NCBI GenBank assembly: GCA_937944855.1
Contig: CALFAY010000008.1
Span: forward strand, 4,653 to 68,652
DNA length: 64,000 nucleotides
Direction: 5' to 3'
Source: an uncultured Planctomycetota bacterium
GTDB taxonomy: Bacteria > Planctomycetota > Planctomycetia > Gemmatales > HRBIN36
The translations under genes were made by a program, and so were the position numbers. The notes under the pieces are model-generated. The model had not been told where the DNA came from, did not search any database, and was given only the letters and a program-made list of their open reading frames with translations. Positions 45,749 to 53,509 of the stretch are shown one piece after another (position 1 is the first letter of the stretch; every line of letters begins with the position of its first letter).

Positions 45749-46882
45749 ATGGGGTTGTTGCGCACTCCGTGCGGCGATGCCGAGGATACGGTGTCGCTGG
45801 CCCACGAAGGCGAAGTTCTGTGCTGTGCGTTCGCCGCCCGGCGCGGCTGGGCAGCATCCGGCGGTTGGGACGGCTGCGTAATTTTCTGGGAACCGGCGAC
45901 CGGCAAAGCCGTGGCAACCTGGCGGGCTGCGGAAAAGCCCGTCACCGCCTGCGCTTTCTCGCCCGACGCAAGCCAATTCTTTACCGGCACCATGAATGGC
46001 CTGCTGGCCGCCTGGGATCCCCTCAAACGAGAACGCAAAACTATCTTCCTCGCACACACACGGCCTATTTCCGGCATCGAATTCTCGCCCGACGGCAAAA
46101 CGCTGGCCACCAGCTCCTGGGATGCCACCATCAACCTCTGGCAATTCGAGCCGGAGAAGAATTGGAAGACGCTGGCAGGGCACAAGGACATCGTAGCGGG
46201 GTGCCGTTTTCTGCCGGACAATAAATCACTCCTCTCCTGGTCCCACGACGGCACATTGCGATTGTGGGACGTGATGCGTGGCAAGCAGATCGCAGCCTGG
46301 TCCGCCCACACCGACCGCATCACCGCCGCGGACGTGTCACCTGACGGACGCTGGTTCGTTTCCTCGGGTCGGGACGGTCATGTAATTCTCTGGAATTCCG
46401 CTACGCAGAAGGAAGAGGCCCGTTACCCCCACGCGCGGGGAGATCTGCCCTGGTGCGGCTTCACGCCGGACGCCCAAAGTTTGCTATGCGTCTCTGCCAA
46501 GGGCGAACTGATGCGGCGAACCGTGCCCGATCTGCAAAAGTTGCCTACGCAATCGACGGGTTACGAAGTCCAGAGTGCCGCCCTCTCGCCCACCGGGGAC
46601 TATCTCGTCATTGGAACTGTCAAGGGACACGTGCATTTTCACCCGCTGCCGGAAATGGCAAAGGCCCCGTTGTGCGTCACCGCCATCGAGTCGCAGGAAT
46701 CTCGGCCCTCGTTTTTCGAAAAGCTGCTCGGACGGGACCATCTGATCCGCGTACTCCGGTGCACCTGTCCGATTTGCCACCGGGTCTTTGAATTGCACGA
46801 GACGGGGCGTCGCACGGCGGTCTGTCCTGAGTGCCAGCGACGGTTGCACGTCAATCCGTTCACGCTCTCGTTGGAGTCGTGA
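45749..46882 (+). CDS. Cytoplasmic WD40 propeller with C-terminal CxxC...CxxC zinc ribbon
   Basis: 377 aa from ATG 45749 (GGGGAGG upstream; the track ORF starts at GTG 45728). About 7 WD40 units (VIFWEPATG, LAAWDPLK, INLWQFEP, LRLWDVMRG, VILWNSAT...). The tail is CTCPICHRVFELHETGRRTAVCPECQRRL. No signal peptide. Confidence 0.8.
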   Translation: MGLLRTPCGDAEDTVSLAHEGEVLCCAFAARRGWAASGGWDGCVIFWEPATGKAVATWRAAEKPVTACAFSPDASQFFTGTMNGLLAAWDPLKRERKTIFLAHTRPISGIEFSPDGKTLATSSWDATINLWQFEPEKNWKTLAGHKDIVAGCRFLPDNKSLLSWSHDGTLRLWDVMRGKQIAAWSAHTDRITAADVSPDGRWFVSSGRDGHVILWNSATQKEEARYPHARGDLPWCGFTPDAQSLLCVSAKGELMRRTVPDLQKLPTQSTGYEVQSAALSPTGDYLVIGTVKGHVHFHPLPEMAKAPLCVTAIESQESRPSFFEKLLGRDHLIRVLRCTCPICHRVFELHETGRRTAVCPECQRRLHVNPFTLSLES

Positions 46883-46903
46883 GGTCCACCAACCCAGCCC
46901 TTC

Positions 46904-46923
46904 TCTCCTCCCCCTGGAGGAGA
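46904..46923. terminator. Short hairpin between convergent genes (possible bidirectional terminator)
   Basis: TCTCCTCC-CCCT-GGAGGAGA, a perfect 8-bp stem with a 4-nt loop. There is no clear T-run on either side, hence the low confidence. Confidence 0.35.
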
Positions 46924-46954
46924 AAGCAGCAAGGCGACGGTTTTCCCGACTTTC

Positions 46955-48250
46955 TTATGCAAAAAGCTCGGTGACGGGATTGCCGCCCTTGTCCACGATG
47001 CGGATCGGGCGTCCGCCTGGGGCAAGGTTGCGCTTAGTGTAGTCGATGCCGAGGATCTGGCAGATCGTGGCCATGAAGTCGAGTGTCGTCACCACGCGCT
47101 CCTCGACGACCGCACCTTCTTTGTCCGTGCGTCCGATGACTTGCCCGCCCTTGATGCCGCCGCCGACGAGCACGGTGCTCCAGGCTCGCGGATAATGGTC
47201 CCGCCCCGGCTTGGGTCCGCGGTTGTTGATCTTCGGCGTGCGGCCGAAGTCGCCCATCCAGACGATCAAGGTCGAATCCAGCAATCCCCGATCTTTCAGG
47301 TCTGTAATCAACGCACTCAAGGCCGGATCGACCACGGACGACAACCGCTTGACACGGTCGAAGTTGTCCTGGTGCGTGTCCCAACCACCCAGCGTCACTT
47401 CCACGAAGGCGACGCCGACCTCGACGAGTCGGCGGGCCAACAGGCAGCCACGGCCGAATGGCGTGTTGCCGTAGGCTGCCCGCACCGTCTCCGGTTCCTG
47501 CGAGAGGTCGAACGCCTTAGCCTCCCGCGATTGCATCAACTGCACAGCCCTTTGATAAGTGGTCTGATGGGCCTGGGAATTGGCAGCCTGGTATTCCTTC
47601 AGGAAGCCTTTCTCCATCTCTTCCAGGAGGCTGTAGCGACTGGTAAACCGCTGTTCATCCACGGCGGCACGGAGGTTCTCGACCCCCCGATCCGGATTGT
47701 TCACCACCAGCGGCTGATGTCGCGGCCCGAGGAACCCAGAACCGAAGCTGGGACCGCCGATCGAGACATAATTGGGCAGTGGAAAATCCGGCTGGCCCAG
47801 TTCCATCGAGACGATGGAGCCGATGCTCGGATAGACCAACCCGCCCTGCCCTTCCCGATAGCCGGTGTGTAGATAATACCGCGCCCGGGCGTGGGCACCC
47901 TCCCCGGTACTCATGCCGCGCAGGATAGCAGCGTGCTGCATCAGTTCAGCGAATTTCGGAAAATGTTCGCTGATGCGGATACCGGGCACGGAGGTCGGGA
48001 TTTCCGAGAACTCGCCGGAGTCGGCCGTTCCCGGCTTCATGTCGAAGGTGTCCTTGTGGCTTGGTCCGCCCTCCATCCACAGGACGATACACGATTTATG
48101 CTTGACGCCGGACTTCGCGGCATCGGCGGCCAGTATGTTCAACCAGCCGGAGAAGCAGGTTCCGACAACCCCAGCGGCCGAGAGCTTCAAAAAGTCCCGT
48201 CGGTAGAGGTCCACCAGATGCGAGGACACCTTCCACAGCTTCGGTTCCAT
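46955..48250 (-). CDS. DUF1501 (sulfatase-fold) protein with Tat-type signal
   Basis: 431 aa. RRDFLKLSAAGVVG twin-arginine motif. SCIVLWMEGGPSHKDTFDMKPG, GGWDTH and MGDFGRTP are DUF1501 hallmarks. GAGGAG SD lies 16 nt after the upstream stop. Confidence 0.9.
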   Translation of the reverse strand: MEPKLWKVSSHLVDLYRRDFLKLSAAGVVGTCFSGWLNILAADAAKSGVKHKSCIVLWMEGGPSHKDTFDMKPGTADSGEFSEIPTSVPGIRISEHFPKFAELMQHAAILRGMSTGEGAHARARYYLHTGYREGQGGLVYPSIGSIVSMELGQPDFPLPNYVSIGGPSFGSGFLGPRHQPLVVNNPDRGVENLRAAVDEQRFTSRYSLLEEMEKGFLKEYQAANSQAHQTTYQRAVQLMQSREAKAFDLSQEPETVRAAYGNTPFGRGCLLARRLVEVGVAFVEVTLGGWDTHQDNFDRVKRLSSVVDPALSALITDLKDRGLLDSTLIVWMGDFGRTPKINNRGPKPGRDHYPRAWSTVLVGGGIKGGQVIGRTDKEGAVVEERVVTTLDFMATICQILGIDYTKRNLAPGGRPIRIVDKGGNPVTELFA

Positions 48251-48266
48251 TTTCGACTCCTCACTC

Positions 48267-49850
48267 TCAGCGATTCAGGACAAACTCGCTGCTGTTGATG
48301 AGCACCCACAAGACATCGCTCAAGCCGTTTCGCTCATTGCTTCCGCTACGTCGCACATGGTCTCGGAACCGCTGCAACTCCGCTTCGGTGGGCCGACGGC
48401 TGAGCGTGCCCAGGAACAAATGTTCGATCCGCGCCTCGGTCGTGCTGTGTTGTCGCAACGCCTCCTCGACGAGCACTCCGCCCCGGTTGAGTTGGGGCGA
48501 ATTCATCAACCGCAGCGCCTGCGGAATACCGGCCTGATACTCAGCGGGATCGGCGCTTTCATCCGCTTCGAAGAAGGCGACGAACTGGGCGCGGGCATTG
48601 GCTTGGTTGGGGTTCTTCGCGGCTTGCCGATTGCTGTTCTGAGGGGGAGTTGCTGGGCCGACGACCAGCTGAAGTGAGTCGAAAAGCTGCTCCGGCGACA
48701 AGGGTTTGACAATGCGGTGGCTGTACAGGATCGCGTCGTCTGCGTTGTTGCCGTGGGGTTTACTGCTCCGCTGATAAGTTTCGCTCAGGCAGATGGCTCG
48801 GATCAGCCCCTTGACATCGAACCCGCTATCCGCGAAGTAAGCGGCCAATTCCTCGAGTAATTCGGGATGGCTTGCGGGATTATCGGGCTGCATGTCATCC
48901 ACCGGATGAACCAGACCGCGGCCGAATAGTTGACCCCAAAGCCGATTGACCATGGCTTTAGCAAAGAAGGGGTTCTCTTTGGCTGTCAGCCATTGAGTGA
49001 ACACGGGCCGATAAGGTTCAGACCGGGCTAGCGTCGGCTGTTCGCCGAGGAAAAAGCGCGGTGGAACCTGCTTGACCCCTTCCGGTAACATTCCCCTGCG
49101 ACCTCGCTCCCCTTCTGTTACGCCCGCCGTGCCGTTCTGGCGGGGATTGCCCTCCAAACGCACCTTCATGAAGAATTGTGCCAGGCCCCAATAATCATCT
49201 TGCTTCCAGTCGGTGAACGGATGGTTATGGCACTGAGCGCATTGCAACTGCACTCCGAGGAACAAGCGACTCACCGATCCGGTCACCAAGTCCACCCTCG
49301 GATTGGCCAGCCAATAAACAGCCGCTCCGTTTTCCTCTGGCGTACCGGTGGCCGTCAACAGTTCAGCCACCATCCGATCCCAGGGCTTGTTCTCGTTGAA
49401 GCTGGCGCGCAACCACTCGGTCAAGGGTTCGATCCGGATGCGGCGGCTGTCGGAGGTCTTGGGCAGCAAGAGCGCCTGCCAGATGTCCGCCATGTGTTGC
49501 CCGTACCGCGGATCGCCGAGCAATTCATCGATCAAGCGAGCGCGTTTCGTCGGCACTTGGGAATCGAGGAAGGTTCTGGCGACCTCAGCAGTGGGGATCA
49601 CGCCCGCCAGGTCGAGGCTGACCCGACGCAAAAACTCCGCGTCGCTGCACCGCGGCGACGGGTCGATCTTCTCCTCCCGGAGCGTGGCAGCAATGTGCCG
49701 GTCGATCATCGCCGCGATCTCGCCAGCCGAGACCAGGGGACGTGTCGGAGCCTTCTCAGGCTCTTCCCCGCCCCACGTTCCGTTGAGGATTCCCAAAGTT
49801 ATTAGAACGCCCAAGGCTCCCATCCAGAGCGGTTTCCAAGCGGCATACAT
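48267..49850 (-). CDS. DUF1549 + DUF1553 (PSD1-type) protein
   Basis: 527 aa. DUF1549 block: DAEFLRRVSLDLAGVIPTAEVARTFLDS...RLIDELLGDPRYGQHMADIW. Central block: LGVQLQCAQCHNHPFTDWKQDDYWGLAQFF. DUF1553-type C-terminus: FLGTLSRRPTEAELQRF...LWVLINSSEFVLNR. No N-terminal cytochrome c domain. Confidence 0.88.
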   Translation of the reverse strand: MYAAWKPLWMGALGVLITLGILNGTWGGEEPEKAPTRPLVSAGEIAAMIDRHIAATLREEKIDPSPRCSDAEFLRRVSLDLAGVIPTAEVARTFLDSQVPTKRARLIDELLGDPRYGQHMADIWQALLLPKTSDSRRIRIEPLTEWLRASFNENKPWDRMVAELLTATGTPEENGAAVYWLANPRVDLVTGSVSRLFLGVQLQCAQCHNHPFTDWKQDDYWGLAQFFMKVRLEGNPRQNGTAGVTEGERGRRGMLPEGVKQVPPRFFLGEQPTLARSEPYRPVFTQWLTAKENPFFAKAMVNRLWGQLFGRGLVHPVDDMQPDNPASHPELLEELAAYFADSGFDVKGLIRAICLSETYQRSSKPHGNNADDAILYSHRIVKPLSPEQLFDSLQLVVGPATPPQNSNRQAAKNPNQANARAQFVAFFEADESADPAEYQAGIPQALRLMNSPQLNRGGVLVEEALRQHSTTEARIEHLFLGTLSRRPTEAELQRFRDHVRRSGSNERNGLSDVLWVLINSSEFVLNR

Positions 49851-49951
49851 GGCCGGCTTCCTTCACAAGAACCGGAGATCAGCACCACCCAGTAAAACAC
49901 CGGCCGCCGCTTGAAGTTCCGCTGCCTGTGAGAAGAAAATGAGAACGGCGA

Positions 49952-51181
49952 TCAGCGTTCCAAATGGCTGATACAGTAGAGGTTATCGACGGTTCGCAAC
50001 AGCAAATCGGAACCGATGACGGCGGGAGAAGCGTAGATTTCTTCGCCGAGATCGTTGACCGCCACCCGCTCGAATTGGGGTCCGGCCTTGACGACATGGG
50101 TCTTGCCGTCGTCGTCGGGGAAGTAGATGTAGCCCCCGGCCAGGATCGGCGAAGCACTGTGCCGCCGACCCAGGCGAACCGTCCAGAGCCGCTTGCCGGT
50201 GCGAGCCTCCAAGCAGTTGGCGATGCCGTTGTCGTTGACGAGGTAAAACCGCTCGGCATCGGCAATCGGACTGGGAACGTAAGAAGCCCCATTGCGTTCG
50301 TGCCAGACCACGTGAGTTTCCGTGACATTGCCGGTGCCATCCGGGCGGATCGCCAGCATGTGATACTCCGGGTAGCCCCCGGTCATGAACAGCAGTCCCT
50401 GCGTGTAAACCAGACTGGCGACGAATTGCTCCGTCGGGCCGTCGATGATCCAGATCTGCTTCCCGGTGTCGGGGTCGTAACTGGCGACGCACTTGCTGCC
50501 GCTGAGAACGAGCTGCTTCTTGCCTGCCGCCTCGACGATGATGGGCACGCAGTAGGAACGGGTCCGGTTGGGCCGATCCGCCCGCCATCGCTCCCGGCCG
50601 GTGCTTTTTTCCAAGGCGACGATCCAGGCTTCGGCGTCTTGATCGCCATTGACGATGACCAGGTCCTTGTAAAGAACTGGCGAACTGCAAAAACCGTGCT
50701 TGGAGTAGAACTCCCCCGGCGAGACGCGCCAGATTTCCTTGCCCTGCAAATCGTAACAGGCGACGAGAACCCAGGGCATGTCGAGAAAGGTCACGAAAAC
50801 GTATCGGCCATCAGTGGCCGGGGTCGAGCTGGCGTAGCTGTTGAGCCGGTGCTTTTCTTCCAGCTTGCCCGTGAACACCTCTCGCCGCCACAGCTCTTTG
50901 CCGTCCCGGCGATCCAGGCAGAGGAGCAACCGTTTGCCTTCTTCCTCGATGCAAGTCGTCAGGAAGATCCGGTCGCCGGTGACGATCGGTGAAGAGTGTC
51001 CCTTGCCGGGGATAGGAGTCTTCCAGCGGACGTTTTGGGTGCGGGACCAGGTAAGCGGCAAAGATGTCGAGCGGGAAGTGCCGTCCATGCGTGGGCCACG
51101 CCAGCATGGCCAATCCTCCGCAAACGACAGGCTGACGACCAACGAAACACCGATCACCACGGCAGCCAGACGATGCAGCAT
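49952..51181 (-). CDS. PQQ-like (BamB-type) beta-propeller repeat protein
   Basis: 409 aa from ATG 51181 (MLHRLAAVVIGVSLVVSLSFAEDWPCWRGPRMDGTS). The signal followed by DWP.WRGP is the typical opening of this family. Repeated propeller blades follow. Confidence 0.85.
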   Translation of the reverse strand: MLHRLAAVVIGVSLVVSLSFAEDWPCWRGPRMDGTSRSTSLPLTWSRTQNVRWKTPIPGKGHSSPIVTGDRIFLTTCIEEEGKRLLLCLDRRDGKELWRREVFTGKLEEKHRLNSYASSTPATDGRYVFVTFLDMPWVLVACYDLQGKEIWRVSPGEFYSKHGFCSSPVLYKDLVIVNGDQDAEAWIVALEKSTGRERWRADRPNRTRSYCVPIIVEAAGKKQLVLSGSKCVASYDPDTGKQIWIIDGPTEQFVASLVYTQGLLFMTGGYPEYHMLAIRPDGTGNVTETHVVWHERNGASYVPSPIADAERFYLVNDNGIANCLEARTGKRLWTVRLGRRHSASPILAGGYIYFPDDDGKTHVVKAGPQFERVAVNDLGEEIYASPAVIGSDLLLRTVDNLYCISHLER

Positions 51182-51243
51182 GAAGACCTCCGGAGCGAGC
51201 TTCGGGGCGGGATTTCGATCGGCATCCTGCGGAGGGGCCGCTT

Positions 51244-51269
51244 CCTTGCACAACTTTTATAATGCAAGG
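51244..51269. promoter_or_regulatory. Inverted repeat CCTTGCA-N12-TGCAAGG enclosing a perfect TATAAT, immediately upstream of the ABC-2 operon
   Basis: Arms at 51244-51250 and 51263-51269. The core CAACTTTTATAA contains TATAAT (51258-51263), 8 nt before ATG 51272. The element lies in the 90-bp divergent region shared with the PQQ-propeller gene. Confidence 0.35.
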
Positions 51270-51271
51270 GA

Positions 51272-52234
51272 ATGACCGTTGCCATCCGCTGTCGTCAACT
51301 CGTCAAGGTCTATCCCGGACCTCCGCCTGTCGAGGCCGTGCGAGGGCTGGACCTGGAGGTCCAAACCGGTGAATGCTTCGGCATGCTCGGCCCCAACGGA
51401 GCCGGCAAGACCACGACCATCGAGATCTTGGAGGGACTGCTCAAACCGACCTCCGGTTCGGTCGAAGTGCTGAGCCGGTCCTGGGACCGCGACGAGGCCG
51501 AGCTTCGGCAGCGCATCGGCATCTCGCTCCAGGAAACCAAACTCTCCGAGAAGCTGACGGTGCGAGAGACGCTCGTCCTGTTCCGCAGCTTCTATCGGCA
51601 GGGGCTGGAACCGGAAGAGGCGATTGCCTTGGTGTCCCTTACCGAGAAGAGCCGTACCCGGGTCGGCAAACTGTCCGGAGGACAGAAACAGCGGTTGGCT
51701 CTGGCTTGCGCGCTGGTCGGCGATCCGGAACTGCTCTTTCTTGACGAGCCGACGACCGGTCTGGATCCGCAGGCCCGTCGCCAGGTCTGGGACATCATTC
51801 GCCGTTTCCGGGACCGCGGCCGGACCGTGATGCTGACGACGCATTACATGGACGAAGCCGAACGTCTCTGCGATCGGGTCGCGATCGTGGACCACGGCAA
51901 GATCATCGCCGAAGGCACGCCGAGGGAGTTAATCCAATCGCTGGGCGGTGAGCACATCATCGAGTTCTCTCTGATCGATGGCAACGGCCGGGCACCGCAA
52001 GCTGAACTCCAATGGTTCGCCCAGGTGCCGACTGTCCACGCGGTTCGAGAGGAGGATGGACAAATCTGCCTGTCCGTCGGCGAACCGCACATCGCCCTGC
52101 CCGCTTTACTGAATCGCCTTCGAGATTCGGGGCTGGAGTTGGGAAGTCTGACCACGCGGCACGCCAGTTTGGAAGATGTGTTCGTGTCTCTGACCGGACG
52201 TCATCTCCGCGACGCAGAAACGAACCGACCATGA
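51272..52234 (+). CDS. ABC-2-type transporter ATP-binding protein
   Basis: 320 aa. Walker [11 protein letters not shown], signature LSGGQKQR, Walker B LLFLDEPTTGLD, H-loop TTHYMDEAE. Confidence 0.9.
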   Translation: MTVAIRCRQLVKVYPGPPPVEAVRGLDLEVQTGECFGMLGPNGAGKTTTIEILEGLLKPTSGSVEVLSRSWDRDEAELRQRIGISLQETKLSEKLTVRETLVLFRSFYRQGLEPEEAIALVSLTEKSRTRVGKLSGGQKQRLALACALVGDPELLFLDEPTTGLDPQARRQVWDIIRRFRDRGRTVMLTTHYMDEAERLCDRVAIVDHGKIIAEGTPRELIQSLGGEHIIEFSLIDGNGRAPQAELQWFAQVPTVHAVREEDGQICLSVGEPHIALPALLNRLRDSGLELGSLTTRHASLEDVFVSLTGRHLRDAETNRP

Positions 52235-53304
52235 GCCAGGAATCCGTTTCCTCATCCACTGCCTCGACCCGTCGTTATTACCCACTGCTTGAACTGGTGG
52301 CAGCTCGGGTGCGGGAGTTCTACCGGGAGCCGGAGGCCATTTTCTGGGTGTACGGCTTTCCGATTCTGATGACCATCGCCCTGGGCATCGCTTTCGCCAA
52401 CAAACCGATCACGCAGGTCGACGTGGTTGTGGCCGCCGGTCCCGGCGACAGGGAAGTCGAATCTCTGCTCACTTCACATGACGATCCGAAGTTCCAGGTC
52501 CGCATCCTACCCGCCGAGACGGCTTGGGAGCGTCTCCGCACCGGTAAGACGGAGTTGGTCCTCGTTCCGCATACGGCAGGAGGCGGCTTCACGTTCCTGT
52601 ACGACCCGGCCCGAGCCGAGAGCATGATGGCCCGCTTCGCCGTCAATGAAGTCCTCCAAGGACCGAAGCGGATCCCAATCGAAGAACAACACATGACGGA
52701 ACGGGGCAGCCGTTACATTGACTTTCTCATTCCCGGGCTTCTGGGGCTGAGCCTGATGGGCGGGGGCATGTGGGGCGTCGGTTTCGTCACCGTGGACATG
52801 CGCATCCGCATGTTGTTGAAGCGGCTGCTGGCCACACCGATGCGGAAGCGGGATTTTCTCCTGGGTCTGATGCTGAGCCGCCTGCTGTTCATGATTCCCG
52901 AAGTGCTCCTGATGCTGCTGTTCGCCTGGCTGGCGTTTGGCGTCGAAGTGCGGGGGAGTTTGCTGTCGTTGGCGTTCATCATCGTGCTCGGAGCGTTCAC
53001 GTTCGCGGGCATCGGGCTTCTGGTGGCCAGCCGGGCCAGGACCATCGAAACCGTCTCCGGACTGATGAACCTGGTGATGCTGCCGATGTGGCTGCTCTCG
53101 GGCATCTTCTTCTCGTCGGAACGATTCCCGGCATTCCTTCAGCCGCTTATCAAGGCCCTGCCGCTGACGCCGCTCATCGATACTTTGCGGTCAACCATGC
53201 TCGAAGGCACGCCGCTGATTGTGCTCTGGCCTGAACTGGCGCTTCTGGCTCTGTACGGAACGCTCAGCTTCGCCATCGCCCTGAAGATCTTTCGCTGGCA
53301 ATGA
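52231..53304 (+). CDS. ABC-2 family permease
   Basis: 357 aa from ATG 52231 (ATGA overlap with the ATPase stop). About six TMs. The part of the track ORF upstream of 52231 overlaps the ATPase out of frame. Confidence 0.85.
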   Translation: MSQESVSSSTASTRRYYPLLELVAARVREFYREPEAIFWVYGFPILMTIALGIAFANKPITQVDVVVAAGPGDREVESLLTSHDDPKFQVRILPAETAWERLRTGKTELVLVPHTAGGGFTFLYDPARAESMMARFAVNEVLQGPKRIPIEEQHMTERGSRYIDFLIPGLLGLSLMGGGMWGVGFVTVDMRIRMLLKRLLATPMRKRDFLLGLMLSRLLFMIPEVLLMLLFAWLAFGVEVRGSLLSLAFIIVLGAFTFAGIGLLVASRARTIETVSGLMNLVMLPMWLLSGIFFSSERFPAFLQPLIKALPLTPLIDTLRSTMLEGTPLIVLWPELALLALYGTLSFAIALKIFRWQ

Positions 53305-53509
53305 ACGGCGGATCTCCACTTTGCCAGGCGCGGTTGAGGCTCATTTGGACTCTGGCCGGTTGACGAACCGATTAGGACTTGCAAAACTGAGCCATCATGG
53401 GGAACCCTGCCGGCGGTTTAGCTTCTGCATGGACAAAAAGTCTCGTCCACCCCGCCTGCGTGAGCCACGACCGCGATGATTCTCGTTCCCGCATCCCGGG
53501 AGATTGACC

